DNA from: a virus
DNA: 64,000 nucleotides
Virus record (IMG/VR): IMGVR_UViG_3300009506_000025
Coordinates: 8,808 to 72,807 of that record
Reading direction: 5' to 3' (one strand)
Shown here: positions 48,585 through 56,692 of the stretch, piece by piece
How the letters are laid out: each line of letters opens with the position of its first letter
Numbering within the stretch: the first letter of the stretch is position 1
Made by a program: the position numbers and the translations under genes
The notes under the pieces: generated by a model
Told to the model about the DNA's origin: nothing
Databases searched by the model: none
What the model saw: the letters and a program-made list of their open reading frames with translations, nothing else

Positions 48585-49124
48585 CTATTGGGTGTTGGTG
48601 GTGATATTGACGCCAACGTGGGTCAGCGCCTTCAGGCAGGGGGCAAGCGGGCCGTCCTCTCCGTCCCAGATGCCTTGGTGAAACTGCGCGGCCTCCGATA
48701 GCTTCGCGGCCAGGTACTCGTCACAGAGCATCGCCCTTGCCGCGAGGTCGGAAACGTCCTCAAACCGGTGTTGGGCATAGGAGTACAGCACCACATGCTC
48801 GGGGGTTTGGAAGGCTTCGGTGTAATGCTCCTCGGCTACCTTCTGGAGTTCCTCTCGGGGGATGTCATCAAGCCAGTTTCCAGGATCAGCATAGTCCCCC
48901 GCCACCACAATCCGGTCGCCCGCCCAGCTCCCCACGATCTCGTGGTCCTCCGCATTGTCGAGATCTCCCCCACCGCGCCCATTGCCGTCGGAGAGCAGCA
49001 CAGCAAGGGCGCACATCGTATTGCCACCGTACCCGAACTCCAGGAGCTTCAGCCCATCGCCGAAGCGGTGGGGGTGGATGTACTGCCGCTTGTCCAGGTT
49101 CACGATCATGTAATACTGACCCAT
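48585..49124 (-). CDS. Conserved phage hypothetical protein
   Basis: MGQYYMIVNLDKRQYI..GLKLLEF..GSWAGDRIVVAGDY. Confidence 0.75.
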   Translation of the reverse strand: MGQYYMIVNLDKRQYIHPHRFGDGLKLLEFGYGGNTMCALAVLLSDGNGRGGGDLDNAEDHEIVGSWAGDRIVVAGDYADPGNWLDDIPREELQKVAEEHYTEAFQTPEHVVLYSYAQHRFEDVSDLAARAMLCDEYLAAKLSEAAQFHQGIWDGEDGPLAPCLKALTHVGVNITTNTQ

Positions 49125-49172
49125 CGCTTTTCCTCCCTTGTTGGTGGTGTGGTTGCGGCGTCCTGGACGACC

Positions 49173-49745
49173 CTACCAGGACGAGTGATACTCAAACTCC
49201 CAATCAGCCAGACGAGGATCACCGAGCACGGCCTCCAGCATCTTCACGGTGTTCCGCAGATCCTCCAGGTAGTATTCGTCGTAATCCGTGCCGCCGAAGA
49301 AGAACCCCTCCTGCGTGGGCAGCAGCTCGGCCGCAAGTCCCTCCTGGGCCACCACTTCCCCTCGCTTGGTTTCCTGAACCACCCGGCCGTCTGGGTAATA
49401 AGCAGTCCCGGTGCGAACCTCGCCCTCTATCGTCTCGACCGTACCGAGGACCTGCTTACACAGCGCCACCAGTCCTACAAGTTGCTCGCGGGAGACGTAA
49501 TACTCGCCGCAATCGTCGTTGCCGCCCTGGCAGTTCTCGACGAACCACCTGTGAATCTGGTTTGCCTTCCGCCAGTACGCCACGGTGACTGAAACCTCCA
49601 GGCTCGGAGTGTGGCAGTCCCGGGAAAGGGAGTCGCCCATCCCCACTGCGGCAAGCACGCCCTGAAATGCAGCAGACTCCTGTCCTTTCTGGTACTGATA
49701 ATCAGAGAGGTGGAGCTTGGCACGCAGATACATATCCAAACCCAT
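49173..49745 (-). CDS. Conserved phage hypothetical protein
   Basis: MGLDMYL..YWRKANQIHRWFV..LLPTQEGFFFG..YDEYY..YHSSW. Confidence 0.8.
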   Translation of the reverse strand: MGLDMYLRAKLHLSDYQYQKGQESAAFQGVLAAVGMGDSLSRDCHTPSLEVSVTVAYWRKANQIHRWFVENCQGGNDDCGEYYVSREQLVGLVALCKQVLGTVETIEGEVRTGTAYYPDGRVVQETKRGEVVAQEGLAAELLPTQEGFFFGGTDYDEYYLEDLRNTVKMLEAVLGDPRLADWEFEYHSSW

Positions 49746-49785
49746 GATTGGGTTCCTTTCACTTGTTGGCGGTGTGAAAAATTGG

Positions 49786-49980
49786 TCAGTTCTCGACTTG
49801 CTGGTGCAGGCCCCGGTAATGGTTTGTCTGAACTCGCGGCTCTCCGTTTTTGAGCACACCGTAAACCCTGAAGTGGGGCCACTTAATATGGAGGATCTCG
49901 GCTTCTCGGAGAGAATTACCAAACGCTACGATAACGGTATCTCCCACTTCTAGCCGTCTCGCTTGCTTTGCGTTCATCAC
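49786..49980 (-). CDS. Small hypothetical protein
   Basis: Coupled to the upstream gene; LEVGDTVIV (SH3-like). Confidence 0.5.
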   Translation of the reverse strand: MMNAKQARRLEVGDTVIVAFGNSLREAEILHIKWPHFRVYGVLKNGEPRVQTNHYRGLHQQVEN

Positions 49981-50783
49981 ATCCCCACAGTCTGAAGGGT
50001 GGCGATAGTGGCCGCCTGCTCAATCGTGTCGATCACCTGATGCAAGTTACTCAGGCTCTCCTCCAGGACCTCCTCGTACTCCTTCACCCTGCGGTGCATG
50101 GCCATCGCCGCGTCTTTGCGGTTTTCCAGGGCCTTCTCACCGAGCTGCTTCCCCACAATGTCCTCGGTGAGCTGGGCAGCAGCCGCCACGATCTCCGCTT
50201 GCAGGGCGTCGCGGACCTCCCTGGCGGTGTGGCTGTCCATCACGGTGGTCATCTGCCGGATGCGGTTGCCCTCGGCCAGCTTCTCCATGTCCTCGGAGAG
50301 CCACTGCCAGTGACCCAGCTTGTCCTGCGGCATCCAGAACGTCCCCGGATAGACGACCACCGCCCCGAGCTTCAGGGCGATGGACTTCAGGGACTCGCTC
50401 ACCGCATGGGGAGCTAAGAGCCCCTTGCAGTAGATGAACTTCTCCTGCAACTTCCCGGTGTCGCAGTAGCCGTAGCCCGTGGAGATCACCCCATCGTGGA
50501 CCCACGCGCTGAAGTTGTTGACGTAGTGATTGCGGGAGGTGTCCCGCTCCACGTTGACCACCTCGTATCCGTTCACTGAGGGGCTCTTGAGGGCTTGGAC
50601 GATCTGGTCCTTGCCCTTGAGGTCTTCCAGGGCCGCCTTCAGGGCAGCCCGATCACCGGTCTCCGCCGGCAGGTGGTCCTCATAATCGTGAACCCGGTAC
50701 ACCTCGGCCAGGGCATCACGATTGGTAGGGACCAGGGACCAGGAAACCGTGGCCCCACTCACGCGAACTTGCGAAGTCAACAT
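49977..50783 (-). CDS. DUF3150/DUF6744-like protein
   Basis: GATVSWSL, GTFWMP, helical C-terminus with YEEVL; family recalled as co-occurring with MoxR-vWA. Confidence 0.5.
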   Translation of the reverse strand: MLTSQVRVSGATVSWSLVPTNRDALAEVYRVHDYEDHLPAETGDRAALKAALEDLKGKDQIVQALKSPSVNGYEVVNVERDTSRNHYVNNFSAWVHDGVISTGYGYCDTGKLQEKFIYCKGLLAPHAVSESLKSIALKLGAVVVYPGTFWMPQDKLGHWQWLSEDMEKLAEGNRIRQMTTVMDSHTAREVRDALQAEIVAAAAQLTEDIVGKQLGEKALENRKDAAMAMHRRVKEYEEVLEESLSNLHQVIDTIEQAATIATLQTVGM

Positions 50784-50828
50784 GATCTAACTCCTTGGGT
50801 CTGAAGGAAACAGGAAAACGGTGGATAG

Positions 50829-51119
50829 TTACAGCAGCCAATCAAGGCTGCCAGGTATCCCGTGCTGCACGTCCATGACGAAGCGATCCTCGGGCGAAGG
50901 CGTAACCCTATCACAGTGCAGGCACCACAGGTGAGCTATGCTCCAGCAAAGCCCGTTGGCGGGCCATGTGCCGTGCTCGTACACCAGCCAGTGGGGGCCG
51001 GTCGTGCCGCAGTGGGCGCAGGTAAGCTCGACTTGCTTGGCTTCGCTGAATGCGTCTTTCCGCGCACTGAATGAGGGAATACCTCTTTGCATGTAAACCG
51101 ATTTGCGATCCATGCTCAT
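50829..51119 (-). CDS. Small Zn-ribbon protein
   Basis: CAHCG..CLHC. Confidence 0.45.
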   Translation of the reverse strand: MSMDRKSVYMQRGIPSFSARKDAFSEAKQVELTCAHCGTTGPHWLVYEHGTWPANGLCWSIAHLWCLHCDRVTPSPEDRFVMDVQHGIPGSLDWLL

Positions 51120-51192
51120 AGCAGCACCTTTTTCGGAGGGAACGTCCGCCACCACTCCGCCGTGCTGCCCCACGGCGGGTAGGGGGAGGACG

Positions 51193-51981
51193 TCAGTCCA
51201 GATCACACTTGGGCAGCAGGGAGTCCTTGTCGTAGCTGGCATCCCGAGGCATGATCGCCCCGAAGATCGCCGTCCCATCCCGGGCAATCGTGGTCACGGT
51301 GACCATGTTGTGCCGCGCCCGGGCAGCTAGCGGCTTGAAGTTCTTCGGCCCGCCCCCGTCGGTCAGAACCTCCGACATCTTCGCAGCTATGCCGGTAAGC
51401 TCCTCCCCGGGCTCCAGCCGCAGCGTGATCACGATCTTCCCATCCTCGTCACTCTTGGGGTCGAGCTGCGCCGCCATCCCGTCCAGCAGCCGCTTGAGGT
51501 TCCAGATGTCGAGCTGAACGCTCACGCTATTGTGCTCGTTGATCGGTGAGCTGGGCTTTACGGCGGAAAGATCGGGAAACTTCCCCTCCAGCGGCCGGAT
51601 CTCCACCCTGTTGACGTGCTCCAGATCGGTGCTGAGCGCCTGCACTCGACCGTTGGCGTTCTGCTCGTCCAGGGCGACGTTGTGCAGGATCGCCTTGGGG
51701 GACTTCCTGAGCTTGGTGCGGAGCTTGAACAGCTCCTTGCACTGATCGGCAGGGATCATCGCAGAGAAGTCATCCCGAGGCACTGCGGAGAAGCCCTCGG
51801 GGGAAGGGAATTCCATGAAGTCGGGCTCCTCCCAGGTGCTTACCAGGAGGATTCTCGCATCCGTGGCAGCGGCCCGCGCCTTGCCCTTGTGGCGGTCCAG
51901 CCGGACGCCACCGAGGCAGTATCGTGTACCGTCGGGACCGCCGCAGACGTGCATACCGAAACGCTTGGGATTGACCAGCAT
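51193..51981 (-). CDS. DNA polymerase III beta-clamp (DnaN)-like protein, shortened
   Basis: TRYCLGGVRL..AAATDARIL (cf. DnaN RxxLNG..VATDGHRL), EGKFPD...P, C-terminal AIMP; AAGGAG RBS. Confidence 0.65.
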   Translation of the reverse strand: MLVNPKRFGMHVCGGPDGTRYCLGGVRLDRHKGKARAAATDARILLVSTWEEPDFMEFPSPEGFSAVPRDDFSAMIPADQCKELFKLRTKLRKSPKAILHNVALDEQNANGRVQALSTDLEHVNRVEIRPLEGKFPDLSAVKPSSPINEHNSVSVQLDIWNLKRLLDGMAAQLDPKSDEDGKIVITLRLEPGEELTGIAAKMSEVLTDGGGPKNFKPLAARARHNMVTVTTIARDGTAIFGAIMPRDASYDKDSLLPKCDLD

Positions 51982-52135
51982 ACATGGCTCCTTTTTCACT
52001 GTAGCTCCGGGGCTAAAAGACCGCGGGGACCTCCGCGGAGCTACACGACGGAGGTCCCCTTCACCGAGTCCCCACTCGGCTAGCGGTCAATCGTTAATGC
52101 GATCCTAAGCGTACCCACATGACTTGGCTCCTTGG

Positions 52136-52393
52136 CTAGGGAAACATCTTGTCCAGGAGGCACCGGAATGCCTCCTTCTTCAGGTCCTCATAGTACCCAC
52201 CTCCCTTGAAATCTTCCTCGGACTTGTAAAGACAGCACCCGAGGTAAGCTGAGCCCTCAAGGCACCCCCAGCGCGCCGTCACAATCACGTAGCACCAGTT
52301 GCCCCGAGGAGGCGGAGGGGCACCGACGGGCTTTTTCCCCACTGCACGCTCTGCCTCCACGGTGAACTCCACTCCCTCGGGGATAGCACACAT
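52136..52393 (-). CDS. Small hypothetical protein
   Basis: WCYVIVTARW..EGSAYLGCCLY..EDF..GYYED. Confidence 0.55.
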   Translation of the reverse strand: MCAIPEGVEFTVEAERAVGKKPVGAPPPPRGNWCYVIVTARWGCLEGSAYLGCCLYKSEEDFKGGGYYEDLKKEAFRCLLDKMFP

Positions 52394-52395
52394 AG

Positions 52396-52605
52396 TCAGC
52401 TCCCCTCCCGCTCACAGGCCAGCAGCTTCACCAGCTCCTCCTGCACCGCCATCGCAGCCTTCCCCGCGACGGCCCCACAATCAAGCCCGTCAAACTCCAC
52501 GGCGAACACCACCTCCATGTACTGGAAGACGTGGTCCCACACGTCCTTGTAAGCGAGGTTGATCCGGTTCGCGTCACGCAGAGCCAACTTGTTCAGCATG
52601 TCCAT
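52396..52605 (-). CDS. Small hypothetical protein
   Basis: CAGGAG RBS before MDMLNK. Confidence 0.55.
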   Translation of the reverse strand: MDMLNKLALRDANRINLAYKDVWDHVFQYMEVVFAVEFDGLDCGAVAGKAAMAVQEELVKLLACEREGS

Positions 52606-52769
52606 GATAAGCTCCTGAAAGAATGAGGGAAACAGTAATTGCGATGCTCTGAGGTTCTCGAAAAGGCCATGCTCTGAGGTTCTGAGAGCGGGCCGCCGCC
52701 GGGCAGTGGGGGAAAAAGCCCACCGGCGCCCCGAGGAGGCAGAGGGGCGCCGGTGGGCCGGAGGGGGCA

Positions 52770-52955
52770 CTAGGCGTCCGGTAACCAGCGCTTGGCAACC
52801 ACATGGGTTTCCCCACGTAGGCTAGGGTGGCGCCCCCTAAACTCTCGGCACGCGACCTCTTGTGAGGGGGCATAACAGGTATCTGCTACGTGCACGTGGC
52901 CGGTCTTGGCCACGACTTGTAGCAGGAACAGCAGGGGGGGGCGTTTGCGTTTCAT
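52770..52955 (-). CDS. Small hypothetical protein
   Basis: GGAG RBS. Confidence 0.45.
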   Translation of the reverse strand: MKRKRPPLLFLLQVVAKTGHVHVADTCYAPSQEVACREFRGRHPSLRGETHVVAKRWLPDA

Positions 52956-53043
52956 GGTAGCTCCGCGGTTTGGGGGAACGGGAACGGGTTACATCCTCCG
53001 CCCGGTGCCCACACCACCGGGCGGGAGTCTAACCCGTCACCCG

Positions 53044-53619
53044 TCACGCTACGGAGGGTTCGGGCTGCGGGATTTGGTCAGCGACCCAATCGGCCAGGTC
53101 AGCCACCGTCGCACGCGCCGCGCTCAGATCGGCAGGGGTGAGTTTGTCCGCGTGTTTTGCGGCCGCCAACAGGCACCCGACTACCGCTTCGCCGATTGCG
53201 CTGTCAAGCGTATCGGGATTCGCAGCCTTGAACGCCTCCCCCCTCTTTCCGCTGGCCACCACGTCGTCCATCGCCCCGCTGCGCGTACGGTCTGTCACGA
53301 AAGCAAGGCCCGTATCGGCGTTGGCCAGCGTGGCCAGATATTCGCGCGGCTTGTAGTTCTTGGCGCCGACCATTGCGCTGCCGCGCACCACAAGGCCGCG
53401 CTTTGTCCCAATGGCGTATTCCACCGGGGGGCGCGACGCGGCGGGTTTGGCGGCCGCGCTTTCCTTGCGCTGTCTCTCCTCGAGCGCAGACTGAGTGCGC
53501 TCATACGCGATACGCTTGGCGAGATACTCCGCCAGCTGGCCGTCGGTGATCTCGTGCTTGGCGTGCTTGGCCAGCACGACAGCTGTGGGGGTGGTGACGT
53601 TAATGGGCTCGTGTGACAT
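53044..53619 (-). CDS. Ala-rich hypothetical protein, first gene of the leftward operon
   Basis: GGAG RBS before MSHEP. Confidence 0.65.
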   Translation of the reverse strand: MSHEPINVTTPTAVVLAKHAKHEITDGQLAEYLAKRIAYERTQSALEERQRKESAAAKPAASRPPVEYAIGTKRGLVVRGSAMVGAKNYKPREYLATLANADTGLAFVTDRTRSGAMDDVVASGKRGEAFKAANPDTLDSAIGEAVVGCLLAAAKHADKLTPADLSAARATVADLADWVADQIPQPEPSVA

Positions 53620-53886
53620 AACTATGGCTCCGTTTTCGGGGAATGACGGTCGATCGGTCCCGATTGTCGGGTCGATTCCGCCACCCAACGGTCGATTTGT
53701 GGCATTTTGCCCCGTTTTGATCAAAATTTTTTTTCGTGCCCCCCGAAGACGAATCAATCGCAAATCGTTCGACAATCGCGAGTTACGTCGGCAGAAAAAA
53801 AGTCGAGAATTCCAATCGGGGGTTCTGTCAAAATACGATACTCGCCACCCAATCGAACGAGACCCAATTTACCCCATTTGCGTAGC

Positions 53887-53915
53887 TTGACCGAAAATGA
53901 GGCGATGCCTAGAAT
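53887..53915 (+). promoter_or_regulatory. sigma70-type promoter
   Basis: TTGACC-N17-TAGAAT in an intergenic region. Confidence 0.55.
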
Positions 53916-54153
53916 TGCAGCATACCCCCCGATAGCGAATCGAATCGAAAGCCAGCCGAGCCAATGGCTTGCGTCGAAAATCAGCCGATTGCCCACAAAA
54001 CGGGCGGATGCGCAACAATTAGGCACCCGCCCGGGACCGGAGTTCTCGGACAGTGCGCACGACCACAGGGAACGGGAGGTGGTTCATCCCGGTGGTGACG
54101 CCCTTAGCCCGGCGCAGCCGGGCAAAGTCTCTAGGCTAGGGCAGGGGACTAGG

Positions 54154-54189
<36 letters not shown>

Positions 54190-54544
54190 GACGGCAGCGC
54201 TTGGCTCCCACCCAAGGAACGTACCGAAGGCCCGTGGAACGTAGCTAGCTCGGCTCTCAGAACCCCCCCAAAAGGCCCCCCCTTCCAATTCCCTGCAATC
54301 ACTTGGACCTGCCGGCCGCATGATTCCGGCCGAAACGTGGCTTTGTTGGGGTCCGGGAGCTTTCCCATGCCCCGGTCCCCCCCGGCAGCCGCCCTCCTTC
54401 ATCAAGTACCATCCTCCCCATCCCTCTTAATCGCGTAGTATGCTTTCTGAGGGCGTTTTGTCTTGGGGTGCCAAGAGGTACGGGTTTGGGGCGGAACGCG
54501 ATTCTGGGGCGTTCTAGGTGGCTTCTCGGGGCCATTGGGGTTTA

Positions 54545-54581
54545 GTGACGCGATTCGTCACTTAGTGACGATTGTCGTCAC
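54545..54581. promoter_or_regulatory. Two tandem 17-bp palindromes GTGACG-N5-CGTCAC (operator-like)
   Basis: 54545-54561 and 54565-54581, ~200 bp upstream of the XRE gene. Confidence 0.6.
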
Positions 54582-54640
54582 AGGAGCTTTATGGAGTCTT
54601 GATGGGGTACAAATGGGGGCAAGTGAGGTCCTTGTCCCCG

Positions 54641-54740
54641 GTTTCGGTCCGTTTCGGTCAGTTTCGGTCAGCTCACCGCAAGGTTGCCACTCTATGTCAT
54701 CTTGTGCCATTTCGTGTCATCTTGTGCCGTCTTGTGTCGG
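54641..54740. repeat. Two blocks of 10-bp phased direct repeats
   Basis: GTTTCGGTC(C/A) x3 at 54641-54670; degenerate YTYGTGYCRT x5 at 54691-54740. Confidence 0.85.
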
Positions 54741-54749
54741 TTCGAGATC

Positions 54750-54779
54750 TTGACAGAATCGTCAGCCATAGAGTAAGAT
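54750..54779 (+). promoter_or_regulatory. sigma70-type promoter of the XRE gene (near-leaderless transcript)
   Basis: TTGACA-N18-TAAGAT, 8 nt before ATG 54788. Confidence 0.5.
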
Positions 54780-54787
54780 TGTGTGGC

Positions 54788-55072
54788 ATGAGCAGATCTG
54801 GTGCTACCATGGCGGTTGACGAGGCAGGTTTGGGAAGTGGGGCAATCCGGGAGGCCCGGACGCGGACGTTTCGGGTGAGGGTCCGGGAGGAGCTTGAGCA
54901 TGGGGCGATGAACCAGAAGAAGTTGGCGGAGGCGACGGGGTTGTCGGCGGGATGGTTGTCGTCGATGCTCAACGGACATGCTCATCCTAGTCTGGCGACG
55001 TGCTATCGGATTGCTGACGCGTTGGGGGTGCCGCTGATCTATCTGTTGGACGAGGCAGACTCGGAGAGATAG
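54788..55072 (+). CDS. XRE-family HTH regulator
   Basis: MNQKKLAEATGLSAGWLSSMLNGHAHPSLATCYRIADALGV. Confidence 0.9.
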   Translation: MSRSGATMAVDEAGLGSGAIREARTRTFRVRVREELEHGAMNQKKLAEATGLSAGWLSSMLNGHAHPSLATCYRIADALGVPLIYLLDEADSER

Positions 55073-55074
55073 CC

Positions 55075-55290
55075 ATGGGATGGTGGATCACTTGGGAAGG
55101 CCGCCCGAAGCTATTCATCTCACGGGAGGTGGCGGAGAAGTTCGCCATGGCCAGGGATTCGGGGATGATACGGTTGCCTGAGCCCGACCTGTCGATCGTT
55201 GACCGGTATTTGCCGAGGGTGCCGTTGGGGGACCTTCCTGATCTTCCCGAGACGTCTGTTCGTCGTCGGGAGCCTTTGGCGTTCTGTTGA
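55075..55290 (+). CDS. Small hypothetical protein
   Basis: GGAG RBS directly after the XRE gene. Confidence 0.45.
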   Translation: MGWWITWEGRPKLFISREVAEKFAMARDSGMIRLPEPDLSIVDRYLPRVPLGDLPDLPETSVRRREPLAFC

Positions 55291-55358
55291 GGGTCTGCTG
55301 TCGATCTTGGCAGAACCTTCTGTGTGGCAATGACTTAGCCGAATCTGTCTGATTGGGG

Positions 55359-55386
55359 TTGACTCGATTCCTGAATACAGTAAGAT
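55359..55386 (+). promoter_or_regulatory. sigma70-type promoter
   Basis: TTGACT-N16-TAAGAT. Confidence 0.45.
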
Positions 55387-55552
55387 AGTTGAAGATCCTG
55401 ACTGACCGATCTTGAGGCGAGGCGGTTCTAAGATGGTTCAGGTCTTCGACTTACGGTGCTCTTTTTGGCGTCCTTCTCCGAGGGGGGTGTTCGCCTCAGA
55501 GGCGGATCTTGCTGGCACCGAGCAGTCCGCTTCTTTATCCTCCCCCTTGTTC

Positions 55553-55605
55553 GGCGCGGCGGGGGCCAATCCCGACTCACAGACCCCTCGCCGCGCCTCT
55601 TTCTT
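55553..55605 (+). terminator. Probable intrinsic terminator
   Basis: GGCGCGGCGGGGG...CCCTCGCCGCGCC followed by TCTTTCTT. Confidence 0.5.
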
Positions 55606-55782
55606 GTACCAACTGCGCGGGAGCCCCGTCTGGCCAACCAACGCATGGCGCCAGGCGGGGCGCCGCCCGTTTTGTTTCGAGTCACTCCAACCGGTTGGCG
55701 GGGAACCTGAATAGGCCCAGGCCGGCGGCTAGTTGTCGCCAACCCGCCTCCCGGTTTTTTGAGGGAGGTTTAGTGGTGCGGA

Positions 55783-55881
55783 ATGAGCGGTTCTGTAATC
55801 CTAGTCTTCATCGCTATCTTCTTCGTGCTGCCGGTGGCCCTGTGGCTCAGTGGATTCTATGAGGAGAACGACGATGACTGA
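55783..55881 (+). CDS. 32-aa single-TM peptide (not in ORF track)
   Basis: MSGSVILVFIAIFFVLPVALWLSGFYEENDDD; overlaps the next start. Confidence 0.5.
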   Translation: MSGSVILVFIAIFFVLPVALWLSGFYEENDDD

Positions 55882-56185
55882 GGACACCGACCGCCTGGTT
55901 CACCGCGATGACCCCGAGTCGAGCTTCGAGGCGATCGAGCGCCACGACGCCAGCGGCGTAAGGGGGTCAAACCGAGAAGCGGTTTATGCTTTCCTCAAGG
56001 GAAGGGAGGGCAGGACGTCTCGGGAGTACGCTGAAGAGATGCCGATGGACGTCCACGAGGTCCGTCGACGATTGACCGATCTGCTGAACGACGGACTCAT
56101 TATGCAGGGCGGGTCGCGTAAGTGTTCGGTTGCAAATACTAAGGCAGTCACATGGTATCCGTTGCCACGTAGGCGCGAGGAGTAG
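55874..56185 (+). CDS. Winged-helix DNA-binding protein
   Basis: DPESSFEA..GRTSREYA..HEVRRRLTDLLNDGLI. Confidence 0.7.
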   Translation: MTEDTDRLVHRDDPESSFEAIERHDASGVRGSNREAVYAFLKGREGRTSREYAEEMPMDVHEVRRRLTDLLNDGLIMQGGSRKCSVANTKAVTWYPLPRRREE

Positions 56186-56190
56186 TACAG

Positions 56191-56385
56191 ATGCAAATGC
56201 TAAGTGATGAAGAGGTAAGATCGAGGGCGAATCTGCTCCAGAAGTTGAAAACCAGGGTGATCTTCAATCGTGAGCACGGCCGGGAGGAGGAGGCTTCCCA
56301 GGCTGAGCAGCAGCTATCGCTGTTTGGATTCAGCGACGCTCAATTAGAGGAAGCCGACACCGAGCTTCTCTATGTGGAGGACTAA
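56191..56385 (+). CDS. Small hypothetical protein
   Basis: GAGGAG RBS. Confidence 0.5.
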   Translation: MQMLSDEEVRSRANLLQKLKTRVIFNREHGREEEASQAEQQLSLFGFSDAQLEEADTELLYVED

Positions 56386-56548
56386 CAAGTCGCGGCGCCT
56401 CAGGGCCACGGTACAGGGCTGTCAGGCCGAATCGAACAAGGAGGCTCCTCCGGGGACCGGTAGGATCATGGAGCCGTAGGATGCGGCGGGGGTAGGAATC
56501 GCCGGGGCCCGGTAGGAAACTGGGCCCCGGCATGATTGAGGAAGCATC

Positions 56549-56692
56549 GTGTACGAGCCGCTGCCCGATTATCGGATCGATCCGCCCGAGGAGCCGGAGT
56601 TCGACTTCGACGAACTCCAGGCACAGCGGGAGCGCTGGGGGGACGTAGCCTACGATCAATGGGTGATGGAGCAGCTTGAAGATGAGCGTTGA
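56549..56692 (+). CDS. 47-aa acidic protein (not in ORF track)
   Basis: GAGGA RBS, GTG start; YEPLPDYRIDPPEEPEFDFDELQAQRERWGDVAYDQWVMEQLEDER; overlaps the exonuclease start. Confidence 0.55.
   Translation: MYEPLPDYRIDPPEEPEFDFDELQAQRERWGDVAYDQWVMEQLEDER

Noticed and set aside
55836-55855. GGCCCTGTGGCTCAGTGGAT resembles a tRNA 5' end (possible att remnant)
   Set aside because: No anticodon or T arm follows, and it lies inside a plausible 32-aa TM ORF
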